From Spirochaetia bacterium (GTDB lineage: Bacteria > Spirochaetota > Spirochaetia > DSM-2461), in the NCBI GenBank assembly GCA_963668315.1, contig OY764216.1:160001-224000 (forward strand): a DNA stretch of 64,000 nt, written 5' to 3'. Position 1 is the first letter of the stretch; the number at the start of each line of letters is the position of its first letter. Positions 28,933-38,093 of this stretch are shown in pieces. The notes below the pieces were generated by a model. The model was given only the letters and a program-made list of their open reading frames with translations, was not told the DNA's origin and searched no databases. Position numbers and translations under genes: made by a program.

Positions 28933-30234
28933 ATGGGTATTATGGATAAACCGATTTCAGCTATTATCGTCGGAGCCGGACACAGGGCTCTTATTTATGC
29001 ATCGCTCGCTCTGGAGAAGCCGGAGCTTCTGAAAATAACCGGTGTGGCCGACCCCTCGCCGGCCAGCCGCGACATGGCGGCCAAAATGTTCGCCATTCCC
29101 CCCGAAAGGTGCTGGGAAAGCGCCGAGGAACTGGCGAAGCTCCCCCGTCAGGCCGATGCGGTCATTAACGGGACCATGGATCATCAGCACGTGCCCACCT
29201 CTCTTCCCTTAATCGAGAAGGGGTATCATATGCTTCTGGAAAAACCCTTCGCCGTAAGCGAGGATGAGATGGATCGTTTCGCCGAAGCCGTGAAAAAAGC
29301 GGGGGTAACCGTCAATATCTGCCACGTCCTGCGTTACGCCCCTTTCTACCAGAGCATTAATCGGGAAATCCGTTCGGGAAAACTGGGAACTATCCTGAAT
29401 ATTCAAGCGTCGGAGCATGTTTCCTACCACCATACGGCCGTCTCCTATGTCCGGGGCAAGTGGGGCAACGAAGCGGCCTGCCACTCCTCCATGCTCATGG
29501 CCAAATGCTGCCACGACCTGGATCTGCTCGTCTGGCTGCAGAGCGGCATCGCCCCGACGGAAGTCTCCAGCTGCGGGACACGGCAGTACTTCCGCGAGGA
29601 GAATGCACCGGAAGGTTCGGGAACCCGCTGCCTCGTCGACTGTTCCTGCGAATCGGAATGCCTCTATTCCGCCCGGAAGCACTATCTGGACCATCCGGAC
29701 CGGTGGAGCTTCTACGTCTGGGATGAACTGAAACATAAGGAAAACCCCACCCTGGCAGAAAAGGAAGCCCTGCTCAAAGGGAGCAGTCCCTACGGACGCT
29801 GCGTCTTCCGATGCGACAACGATGTGGTGGACCACCAGAGCGTGGCCGTCAATTTCGCCAACGGAAGCACCGCCACCCTGAACATGGTGGGGGGATGCGC
29901 CAAACCGGAGAGGAAAATCCATATTATCGGAACGAAGGGAGAACTGGAAGGTGTTCTGGAAGAGGGAAGATACGCCCTTCGCCTCATAGATCCCCGTCCG
30001 GGCTGCGAATACTCCGAAGAGATCGTGGATCTGAACCTGGCCGGGGACTTCAGCGGTGTCAACGGAGGCCACGGCGGCGGAGACGAGGCCCTGGCGGAGG
30101 ATTTTGTCAGAACCCTCACAGGCGAAGAGCCTTCCCCCTCCTCCACGGCACTGGCCGATTCGGTCTACGGACACAGACTGGGATTCAAGGCGGAACAGGC
30201 CCGCCTGGAAAAAAGGGTGATTTCTCTTACCTAG
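28933..30234 (+). CDS. Gfo/Idh/MocA family oxidoreductase
   Basis: GAGHR, LLEKP, AKCCHDLD and GHGGGD motifs. Confidence 0.9.
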   Translation: MGIMDKPISAIIVGAGHRALIYASLALEKPELLKITGVADPSPASRDMAAKMFAIPPERCWESAEELAKLPRQADAVINGTMDHQHVPTSLPLIEKGYHMLLEKPFAVSEDEMDRFAEAVKKAGVTVNICHVLRYAPFYQSINREIRSGKLGTILNIQASEHVSYHHTAVSYVRGKWGNEAACHSSMLMAKCCHDLDLLVWLQSGIAPTEVSSCGTRQYFREENAPEGSGTRCLVDCSCESECLYSARKHYLDHPDRWSFYVWDELKHKENPTLAEKEALLKGSSPYGRCVFRCDNDVVDHQSVAVNFANGSTATLNMVGGCAKPERKIHIIGTKGELEGVLEEGRYALRLIDPRPGCEYSEEIVDLNLAGDFSGVNGGHGGGDEALAEDFVRTLTGEEPSPSSTALADSVYGHRLGFKAEQARLEKRVISLT

Positions 30235-31094
30235 TTTTCCAGATAATCATCAAGCATGCGCCGGGCGATACTGCCCGGCTGGGGCAGATCGGGAAGATGC
30301 TCGGGATCAAACCACCGGGCGTCGGTAATCTCCTCTCCGTCGGGGACCGGTTCACCCTCGGGACATTCGGCGGTAAAGCCCAGCATAAGCGAATGGGGCA
30401 TGGGCCACTGCTGGGAATCGAAATAGCGGATATTTTCCACTTCCAGGGAGACCTCTTCCCGTATCTCCCGGCGCACCGCGTCCTCCAGGGACTCCCCGGC
30501 TTCCACAAATCCTGCTATATGGGAATACATGTTGCCGGGAAACCGACCGTTGTGGGCCAGCATAATCCGCCGGCCCCGGGTGATGCGTACGATAATCGCC
30601 GGGGAGAAACGGGGATAGAACATGGCTCCGCAGGAGGTGCATTTCCGGCAGGGTTCATGGTCGACCGGTTCCGTTCTGCCGCCGCAGGTTCCGCAGTACC
30701 GATGGGTTCTCTCCCAGGTGAGAATCTGCCGGCCCCGGGAAAGGGGAAACTGAAACTCCTTCCTCATCCTCCGGAATATCCCGCTGAAAGAGATCCAGGA
30801 ATACCCTGTGGGGAGGGACACGTTCCCTCCGCCGCCGCTGCAGTAAAGGGGAATGATCTCTCCGTTCCTCTCTACCCGGCTGATAAGAAAGGAGAGCGGC
30901 GCCGTCAGCTCCCTTACTTCAAGGGAAGAGAGGGGCATGAAAAGTTTTTCCGTGTCCGGCTCGTCCCAGGACAGGATTTCTTCGGGCAGATCCCGTCCCG
31001 CGACGAAAGATTCATCCTCCGAAAAGAGCAGAAGGAAACCTTCAGAGGGAAGATCCTCTTTTTTTGTTACGGCAAATTCTGTGGTGTATTCCAT
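30231..31094 (-). CDS. nudC: NAD+ diphosphatase
   Basis: Zn finger CGTCG..CTSCG, Nudix box GFVEAGESLEDAVRREIREE and SQQWPMPHSLM. Start placed at MEYTT. Confidence 0.9.
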   Translation of the reverse strand: MEYTTEFAVTKKEDLPSEGFLLLFSEDESFVAGRDLPEEILSWDEPDTEKLFMPLSSLEVRELTAPLSFLISRVERNGEIIPLYCSGGGGNVSLPTGYSWISFSGIFRRMRKEFQFPLSRGRQILTWERTHRYCGTCGGRTEPVDHEPCRKCTSCGAMFYPRFSPAIIVRITRGRRIMLAHNGRFPGNMYSHIAGFVEAGESLEDAVRREIREEVSLEVENIRYFDSQQWPMPHSLMLGFTAECPEGEPVPDGEEITDARWFDPEHLPDLPQPGSIARRMLDDYLEN

Positions 31095-31279
31095 AGAATC
31101 AGTATAAGCAAAGCAGATCAGGTTGTACATAGCGATAGGGAGAAGCATTTGTCTCTTGTTTGTATTTTACATTATTACACTTTCTGTTTTTTTTAGAAAT
31201 TTTCTACACTTTTTTTTTATTGCATGTATACTGTTTATTCATTTTTAAATCACAGTAAAAAAAAGGAGACTCTCTACCC

Positions 31280-33376
31280 ATGCCCGAAGTGAATAGAACC
31301 AGGCAATCCATCGCTGTACCTATCATATCGATTTTATTCGCCCTGCTGCTGTTAACGTTCAGCGCCCAAACGATACTTGTCAGCCGTCCTATCAAAAATG
31401 ACATCGTACGGACACAGCAAAAAAACTATACTCTTATTTCCCGGACACTCGCCTCGCTGGTAGGCCTCGAATTTTCCCGTAACGAGAACCTTGTAAGAGA
31501 TCTGGCACGTGTCATGGATGAAGAATTGAACCGAAACACGGAGGAGAAGGCCGTTTTTCAGGAAACAATGGATAAACTTCTCAATACGAACTCCGCCTTT
31601 CAGACGGCTTTCGTTCTTGATGCCAGGGGGAATGTCATATCCAGTACGTCTGGCGATCTGATGGGGCAGGATCTCTCGGACCGAGAGTATTATATGGCCC
31701 TCGCCTTTGAAGGCAAGGAAGTATATACAACAAAAAAAGCCCTTATCTCGCGGTCCAGCGGACAAACATCCATTGTCCATGCCGCCGCTCTGAAGCAGGA
31801 AGGAACGCTTGCGTATATTCTGGGGACGACTTATAACCTGAAACTTTTCGCCGAAGAGCATTTTCTTCTGGATGATGGGGATAATTACGGAGAGCTTTTT
31901 CTCCTCGACGGAGACGGAGAATTCCTGATTCACCCCAGGGATGAACTCCGTTTTACCTCCTCTCTGGGGCTTTCCCCCATATTCGGAGAGGTTCTGGAGA
32001 ACCAACGGGAGTCATGGTTCGGCGATATTTCCTATGAGGGGCTTCAGAGACGGGGCATCATGTACCGAATTGATCATACCGGATGGTATGTGGGCCTGAC
32101 GCAGGAGAATCGAACCGCCGACTGGTCTCTCCGCCATATCCGCAGGATCCTCATCATAAGCAACGGGAGTCTTATCCTGTTCATCACGGCGATCATAATG
32201 ATCTTTCTACGGATCAGATTGATCGGCAAGGTAAGGAAACTGGTAGATCTGATCGACCAGGCTTCCGAAGGTCTGCTTATGAACAGAGGACATCAGGAAG
32301 GTTCCGACGAGATTTCCCATATGACAGGGAGAATCAACATGCACCTGGACTCGCTCAGCCGTTTCTTTATCAGCCTGGGAGAGAATCTGGAAAATCTGGA
32401 GTTCGTGGGCAGCGATCTCGTGTCCAATATGGAAGAGACCGCCGCCTCCCTTATTCAGATAAAAACAAGCGTCAACCATACTCTGGCCAGCATTGAGAAG
32501 CAGGAGAACACCCTGGTGTCCACAGCTTCGGCCATTGAGGAATCGGACCGCAACATACAGTCTCTGGAGAAAAACATAGAGAGGCAGCAGGAAAATATTG
32601 CCAGGGGCACCTCTGCCGTGGAAGAGATGGTAGCCCAAATCAATACGGTCAAAGACTCCACAGGAGAGGCGAAAAGATTAATGAATGATCTTTCGGCCCA
32701 CTCCCTGGAAGGCAAAGAAAGGCTTTCCCATGTTTCGGAAGTTGTCCTTAGCATATCCGGGAAATCCCAGGAGCTGGAAAGAGCCAATGAGCTGATATCC
32801 GGAATTGCCGCCCGGACGAATCTGCTGGCCATGAACGCCGCCATTGAAGCCGCCCACGCCGGAGATGCCGGAAGGGGTTTTACTGTAGTGTCCGAAGAGA
32901 TCCGCAAGCTGGCCGAGCAGGCTTCCCGGCAGTCGGTTCAGGTAAAAAACGCGATCAGCGATATCAAATCCTCCATAGACGAAGCCGTCAGCAGTTCTGA
33001 AAATTCGAACAGTTCCTTCGGAAAAATAAGAGAGCAGATTATAAATATGGAAAGGATAATCGGAGAAATACGATATACTATGGAAGAGCAGGCCGCGGGG
33101 GGAACCCAGATTCTGGAATCCTTTGTCGAACTCAGGGATTCGGGGATGGAGGTCAACGCCGGCTCCCGGGAGATGGCCGAAGGGAACCGACAAATACTGC
33201 AGGGGGCACGGGAACTGACCTGCGTATGCGGCGATGTGACCATGGCCATGAAAGAGATCGGCGAAGGCATGCATGAGATAAATGCGGCTGTGGAGAATAT
33301 CTCTTCCCTGAGCCACAGGAACAAGGAAAACATCAAGGACGTAAGGGATCATGCATCCCTCTACAAAATATCATAA
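31280..33376 (+). CDS. Methyl-accepting chemotaxis protein with Cache sensor domain
   Basis: Two TM segments, DLSDREYY Cache motif, [22 protein letters not shown]. Confidence 0.92.
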   Translation: MPEVNRTRQSIAVPIISILFALLLLTFSAQTILVSRPIKNDIVRTQQKNYTLISRTLASLVGLEFSRNENLVRDLARVMDEELNRNTEEKAVFQETMDKLLNTNSAFQTAFVLDARGNVISSTSGDLMGQDLSDREYYMALAFEGKEVYTTKKALISRSSGQTSIVHAAALKQEGTLAYILGTTYNLKLFAEEHFLLDDGDNYGELFLLDGDGEFLIHPRDELRFTSSLGLSPIFGEVLENQRESWFGDISYEGLQRRGIMYRIDHTGWYVGLTQENRTADWSLRHIRRILIISNGSLILFITAIIMIFLRIRLIGKVRKLVDLIDQASEGLLMNRGHQEGSDEISHMTGRINMHLDSLSRFFISLGENLENLEFVGSDLVSNMEETAASLIQIKTSVNHTLASIEKQENTLVSTASAIEESDRNIQSLEKNIERQQENIARGTSAVEEMVAQINTVKDSTGEAKRLMNDLSAHSLEGKERLSHVSEVVLSISGKSQELERANELISGIAARTNLLAMNAAIEAAHAGDAGRGFTVVSEEIRKLAEQASRQSVQVKNAISDIKSSIDEAVSSSENSNSSFGKIREQIINMERIIGEIRYTMEEQAAGGTQILESFVELRDSGMEVNAGSREMAEGNRQILQGARELTCVCGDVTMAMKEIGEGMHEINAAVENISSLSHRNKENIKDVRDHASLYKIS

Positions 33377-33406
33377 GAGGGTTAAATAGGCCTCGTCGGG
33401 GAAATT

Positions 33407-34123
33407 ATGGAAACGATGAAAGACAGGGACCTCCAGAGAGAGGGAAAACTGATCACCGAGGGGGCCTTTCTTTTCGAAAGGCTCCTCGCCTCAAACCTGA
33501 CTATCGAGAATATCTGGTGCTCCCCTGCGGCCCATGAGAAGTACCGCCGGCCGGATCTCCCCTTTACCGTGCTCGATGGGGAGGAGCTCTCCCGTCTGGC
33601 CGGCTACCATTTCCATCGCGGCATCATAGCCCAGGCCAGGGCGCCGGAGCTCCCTCAGCTTCCCGAAAAGTCCCTTCAGGACAGGGGTATCCTGGTCCTG
33701 CCCCGTTTGGGAGACCCGGAAAACCTGGGGGGAATTCTTCGTACGGCTCTGGCCCTGGGAATTAAATCGGTCTTTCTGGGTCCGGGGAATCCCTGGGTGT
33801 TCGGGCGTAAAGCCCTGCGGAGCGCCATGGGAGCTCAGTTTCGTCTGAACCTATACCGATTTGAATCAGCCGGGGAGCTGGCTTTATGGAACGGGGGGAC
33901 CAGAAAGACGATCGCCGCCGCTCTGGACGAAAGGGCTGTCAGCCTGGGGGCCTTAACCCCTCCCGGGAAGTGGCTTCTCCTGATGGGCCACGAAGGACAT
34001 GGACTGGATCGGGAGTATCTGGAACAGGCCGATATCAGGGTGATGATTCCCCAATCCCCGGAAGTGGACAGCCTTAACGTAAACGTGGCGACAGGAATTA
34101 TCCTCAGCCACCTAAGAGAATAA
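33407..34123 (+). CDS. TrmH/SpoU family RNA 2'-O-methyltransferase
   Basis: DPENLGGILRTA, MGHEGHGL and VDSLNVNVA motifs. Confidence 0.9.
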   Translation: METMKDRDLQREGKLITEGAFLFERLLASNLTIENIWCSPAAHEKYRRPDLPFTVLDGEELSRLAGYHFHRGIIAQARAPELPQLPEKSLQDRGILVLPRLGDPENLGGILRTALALGIKSVFLGPGNPWVFGRKALRSAMGAQFRLNLYRFESAGELALWNGGTRKTIAAALDERAVSLGALTPPGKWLLLMGHEGHGLDREYLEQADIRVMIPQSPEVDSLNVNVATGIILSHLRE

Positions 34124-34149
34124 AAAACCCGGTCCTTCCGGGCCGGGTT
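34122..34149 (-). terminator. Intrinsic terminator downstream of pheT (possibly bidirectional)
   Basis: AACCCGGTCC/GGGCCGGGTT stem with a T-run on the minus strand. Confidence 0.75.
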
Positions 34150-34171
34150 AAAACTAAAATAGTAAATAAGC

Positions 34172-36595
34172 TTACATTTTCAGGGGAAAGCCGCCCTTTT
34201 CCAGAGTGGCCACAACCCTATCCTCCGCCTGTCTCAGGAACTCGGGGGTCAGGGTCTTCTCCCTGTCCAGGAAGGTGGTCCGCAGGGTAACGGCCTTCTG
34301 TTCTTCACTCATCTTGAAAATATCCACGATCTTCACGCTCTCCGCCTCTTTGATCTTCAGCTTCCTCATAACGGCGAGAATATCTCCCGCCGGCGTATGG
34401 GCATCGGCAACGACGGTGCAGTCAAAGTCGCTGGAGGGGAACTTGGGCAGAGGCTGATACCGGGTTTTGTCCTTGATCTCCCTGTCCATGAAGTCGGTGA
34501 TATCGAAAACGGCCACAGCCACATTACCCTTGATCTTGAACTGCCTGGCCATCACGGGGTGAACCGTATTGATAAAACCGCAGTTCTTGCCCATGACCCG
34601 AATATTCAGGAACTCATTGGGATGAACGCCGGGCCAGTCGGCGGGGATGAGAGAGTTGGGAAACTTCTCATCCGCCGGAGTAAACTGGGCGTTCAGATTC
34701 AGATAATTCATCAGAGGCTGCATCACATTCTGAAGGTCCATAAAGGGGGAATCCTTCCTGTCGAAGAACACCACACCGAGCTGGTAGCGGTCCTTGCTGA
34801 ACGCCTTTCCCTCCCCCTCATCATAGGAGCGGGCCAGCTCGAAGAACCGGAAGGAGGAGAAGTTTTTCTGATTCTGGGCGGCCTTTTCCAGAAGACTGGG
34901 CACCATGCTGGGACGCATGCGGCTCAGTTCGGGGGAAAGGGCGTTGACCAGGGTCAGCTTTTCGTTCTTAACCGGCCAGGAGGCCTGTTCCAGAAGCTTC
35001 TCGCCTATCATGGGATAGGTCATGATCTCCAGAGCCCGGCCGTTGAATACCATGAAATCCTGTATCTTCCGCTGCAACAGCTTGGCATCGGAAAGACGGG
35101 TGGTTTCGGCCAGGTTAACCGGAGAGACGGGAGTGATATTGTCGTAGCCGATAACCCGTCCGATCTCCTCGATGATATCCGCCTCGAACTCGATATCCTT
35201 GGTGGCCCGGTAGCTGGGCACTTCCACATTCAGCATATCCCCGTCGACACCCACCTTGAAATCGAGGGATTCCAGGATAGCCACAATCCGCTCAAGGGAG
35301 ACATCCGTTCCCAAAACCCGTGCGATCTTGGAGGCGGAACAGGAAATCCTCAGCTCCGCCGTGGGCTGAATACCGTCTTCCTGCATGGTTCCCACGACAA
35401 CGGCCTCGGGGCAGCTCTCCCTGACCAGCTCGACCAGCCTCAAGATCGTCTGCTCCAGCATATTGGTATCCAGGCACTTCTCATACCTCTGGGATGCATC
35501 GGTACGAAGTCCCAGTCTCACGCTGGTTTTTCTGATATCCGCATCCTGCCAGTTGGCCGATTCGAGGAAGATCTTCGTGGTGGAATCCTTGATGGAACTG
35601 TCCAGGCCGCCCATGATGCCGCCGATACCGGACATACGTTCCTTGTCGCAGACCATGGTGTCCGTGGCGATCATCTTCCGTTCCTGCTCATCCAGGGTCA
35701 CGAAAACACCCTCTTCGCCCATGCGCCGCACGATAATCTCTCCGCCCTTGATGGTGTCCCGGTCGTAGATATGGTTGGGCATGCCCGTTTCGAGCATGAC
35801 GTAGTTGGAAATGTCCACGATATTATTGATAGGCCTCATACCGCAGGCGTTCAGCCGGTCCTGCATCCACTGGGGACTGGGTTTGATCGTGATGTTATCC
35901 ATGGAAATACCCTTGAATCCCAGGCAGCAGGAGTCCTTGTCCACATGAATGGTCACCGGGGGCTTCTCATCGGTATAAAGCGTCTTCAGCCCCGCTTTCC
36001 ACTCGTCGGAAAAAACATTCTTGAGGGGCTTGCCGAATACGGCGGCGAACTCCCGGGCCATGCCGTAGTGTCCCCACAGATCGGGCCGGTGGGTGATGGA
36101 CTTGTTGTCTATGTCAAAGATAATATCGCTCGCGGCTCCCAGATACTCGGCCAGGCTCATGCCCACCGCCGCGTCATCGGAGAGAATCATCAGCCCCTCA
36201 TGGTCGTCGCTCAGGCCCAGCTCGTCCTCGGCGCAGAGCATCCCCTCCGATTCGATGCCCCGGATCTTCTTGGGCACCAGGGTAAAACCGCCGGGAAGAG
36301 TCGTGCCGATGCAGGCGAAGGGAACTTTTTTCCCCACTTCCACGTTGGGAGCGCCGCAGACAACCCGCCTCTCCCCCTCGCCGGTCATAAAGGTGACCAG
36401 ATTCAGCTTATCCGCATCGGGATGCTTCTCAATGGCGGTAATCTCGACAACCTTGACGGCCCGCAGATGCTCGCCGGACGTCTCCACCCCTTCCACCTCG
36501 CAGGTGGCCAGGGTAAAGCGAATGCCCAGTTCCTGGGGGGTAATATCCTCGGGGAGATCCACGTAATCCTTAATCCAATTAATGCTTATATTCAT
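34172..36595 (-). CDS. pheT: Phenylalanyl-tRNA synthetase beta subunit (bacterial type)
   Basis: HPDADKL, VVCGAPNV, SEGMLC OB-fold, DIIEEIGRVIGY, C-terminal anticodon-binding domain; 807 aa. Confidence 0.97.
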   Translation of the reverse strand: MNISINWIKDYVDLPEDITPQELGIRFTLATCEVEGVETSGEHLRAVKVVEITAIEKHPDADKLNLVTFMTGEGERRVVCGAPNVEVGKKVPFACIGTTLPGGFTLVPKKIRGIESEGMLCAEDELGLSDDHEGLMILSDDAAVGMSLAEYLGAASDIIFDIDNKSITHRPDLWGHYGMAREFAAVFGKPLKNVFSDEWKAGLKTLYTDEKPPVTIHVDKDSCCLGFKGISMDNITIKPSPQWMQDRLNACGMRPINNIVDISNYVMLETGMPNHIYDRDTIKGGEIIVRRMGEEGVFVTLDEQERKMIATDTMVCDKERMSGIGGIMGGLDSSIKDSTTKIFLESANWQDADIRKTSVRLGLRTDASQRYEKCLDTNMLEQTILRLVELVRESCPEAVVVGTMQEDGIQPTAELRISCSASKIARVLGTDVSLERIVAILESLDFKVGVDGDMLNVEVPSYRATKDIEFEADIIEEIGRVIGYDNITPVSPVNLAETTRLSDAKLLQRKIQDFMVFNGRALEIMTYPMIGEKLLEQASWPVKNEKLTLVNALSPELSRMRPSMVPSLLEKAAQNQKNFSSFRFFELARSYDEGEGKAFSKDRYQLGVVFFDRKDSPFMDLQNVMQPLMNYLNLNAQFTPADEKFPNSLIPADWPGVHPNEFLNIRVMGKNCGFINTVHPVMARQFKIKGNVAVAVFDITDFMDREIKDKTRYQPLPKFPSSDFDCTVVADAHTPAGDILAVMRKLKIKEAESVKIVDIFKMSEEQKAVTLRTTFLDREKTLTPEFLRQAEDRVVATLEKGGFPLKM

Positions 36596-36606
36596 TTCCT
36601 CTCCCC

Positions 36607-37650
36607 CTAGTACGCCTTGAACTGCTCATAGAACCGCAAATCCCCGCCGTGCAAATGGCGGATATCGTCAATCTGATAACGCATCATGACCAGCCGGTCC
36701 AGCCCCAGCCCGAAGGCGAAACCGTTCCACTCGGCCGGATCGATACCGCCGGCACGCAGGACGTTGGGATGGACCATACCGCAGGGCAGGAGCTCCACCC
36801 ATCCGCTTCCCTTGCACACCTTGCAGCCCTTGCCGCCGCAGATCAGGCACTCGATATCCAGCTCGAAGCCGGGCTCCACAAAGGGGAAAAATCCCGGACG
36901 CAGGCGAATGTTCATATCCTTGTGGAAAACTTCCGAAAGGAGAGTCTTCATAAAGTAAATCAGGTTGGCCACGGAAATATCCTTGCCCACCATCATGCCC
37001 TCCAGCTGGTGGAAAGCCATCTCATGGCTGGCGTCGGTGGCCTCGCAGCGGAAAACCTTTCCCGGGCCCACGAACTTCAAAGGCGGCTCGTTGGCCTCCA
37101 TGCCCCTAATCTGGATACAGGAGGTATGGGTTCTGAGAAGGTGCTCCATGTCGGCGAACCAGAACGTATCCTGCATATCCCGGGCCGGATGGGTGGCGGG
37201 AATATTCAAAGCCTCGAAGTTGTGAAAATCATCCTCGATGTGGGGACCGTCCAGAATATCGAAACCCATGGAAATAAAAATATCCTCGATCTCCCTCTGT
37301 ATAATCGTAACCGGATGGAATCCGGCGGCCTGGAGTCCCTTATCGAGAACATCGTCGGTCAGGGTGATATCCTGCCAGCTTTTCTCCAGCTTGGCGTTCA
37401 CCTCGGCCTTCTCAATTTTGGCCAGCTGCTTCGCCAGGGTATCCAGAATCTCCTGTTTGAACTCGTTCGCCCTGGCGCCCACGCTTTTTCTCACGTCGCC
37501 GCTGGCCTCGCGCATACCCCCCAGGATATCGTTCAGCTTACCCTTTTTCCCCAGATAATCCGCCTTGAACTCGGCCAGACTATTCTGATCCTTCAGGTCC
37601 TCCACGGACTCACGGAATTCTTTCTTCAGTTCTTCCAGCTTCTGCAGCAT
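36607..37650 (-). CDS. pheS: Phenylalanyl-tRNA synthetase alpha subunit (bacterial type)
   Basis: HPARDMQDTF, LRTHTS, FFPFVEPG and GFAFGLGLDRL motifs; 347 aa. Confidence 0.97.
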   Translation of the reverse strand: MLQKLEELKKEFRESVEDLKDQNSLAEFKADYLGKKGKLNDILGGMREASGDVRKSVGARANEFKQEILDTLAKQLAKIEKAEVNAKLEKSWQDITLTDDVLDKGLQAAGFHPVTIIQREIEDIFISMGFDILDGPHIEDDFHNFEALNIPATHPARDMQDTFWFADMEHLLRTHTSCIQIRGMEANEPPLKFVGPGKVFRCEATDASHEMAFHQLEGMMVGKDISVANLIYFMKTLLSEVFHKDMNIRLRPGFFPFVEPGFELDIECLICGGKGCKVCKGSGWVELLPCGMVHPNVLRAGGIDPAEWNGFAFGLGLDRLVMMRYQIDDIRHLHGGDLRFYEQFKAY

Positions 37651-37666
37651 GGTCTCCTCCAGACAT

Positions 37667-37690
37667 AAAAAAAGCTCCCCTGAGGGAGCC
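37667..37690 (-). terminator. Attenuator terminator in the pheS leader
   Basis: Minus strand GGCTCCC-TCAG-GGGAGC-TTTTTTT, 16 nt upstream of the pheS start. Confidence 0.85.
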
Positions 37691-37718
37691 GCTCGTTCAC
37701 TTTAAAAACAGGACTCCC

Positions 37719-37784
37719 TCATTCACCTTTTCCAAAAAAGAAAAAAGAGATAAAAAAGCTGAAAAAGAAGGCTTTTCCCGTCAT
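37719..37784 (-). CDS. Phe-rich leader peptide (pheM-like), MTGKAFFFSFFISFFFFGKGE
   Basis: 21 codons, 9 of them Phe, lying between a consensus promoter and the leader terminator of pheS. Confidence 0.85.
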   Translation of the reverse strand: MTGKAFFFSFFISFFFFGKGE

Positions 37785-37794
37785 ATTGCTATTC

Positions 37795-37822
37795 ATTATA
37801 GGCAAATATGATTTTGTGTCAA
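37795..37822 (-). promoter_or_regulatory. Sigma70 promoter of leader-pheS-pheT
   Basis: TTGACA-16 bp-TATAAT, both hexamers perfect consensus. Confidence 0.85.
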
Positions 37823-37878
37823 TTCCCGCCGGGGATAAGTCACCTATTTTGGCAAACACCGGAACGAAACGTCCCGGT

Positions 37879-37947
37879 CCGGGCTTTCCATGGCTCCGCT
37901 CCCGCTCCGGCCGCCTCCGGCGTCGGCTCCGCCCCATTCCAATCCCT
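37879..37947 (-). ncRNA. Flavo-1-like structured RNA/repeat, copy 2
   Basis: Minus strand reads AGGGATTGGAATGG...CCATGGAAAGCCCGG, the same terminal architecture as 13676-13760. Confidence 0.6.
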
Positions 37948-38054
37948 GTTTGTGTCCCGAACAGGGATTGGAGCCACCGCTTTCAGCCATAAAAACAGCC
38001 CGAAAAATTGTTCACACCGGTTTCACATTCCTTTCACCGAGAGGGAAAAAAGGA

Positions 38055-38084
38055 TTGACAGTTCATGAAAATGACCTTTAAAAT
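38055..38084 (+). promoter_or_regulatory. Sigma70-type promoter of the large lipoprotein gene
   Basis: TTGACA-18 bp-TAAAAT, 9 nt before the ATG. Confidence 0.6.
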
Positions 38085-38093
38085 GAACGCCTT

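Noticed and set aside
37719..37937. 72-aa ORF as listed in the track
   Set aside because: Its 5' part crosses the promoter and the repeat element. Only the last 21 codons are plausible.
37651..37950. T-box riboswitch upstream of pheS
   Set aside because: No T-box consensus (AAGGTGGTACC-like) or specifier stem was found, and the leader is short. The peptide attenuator explains the region.
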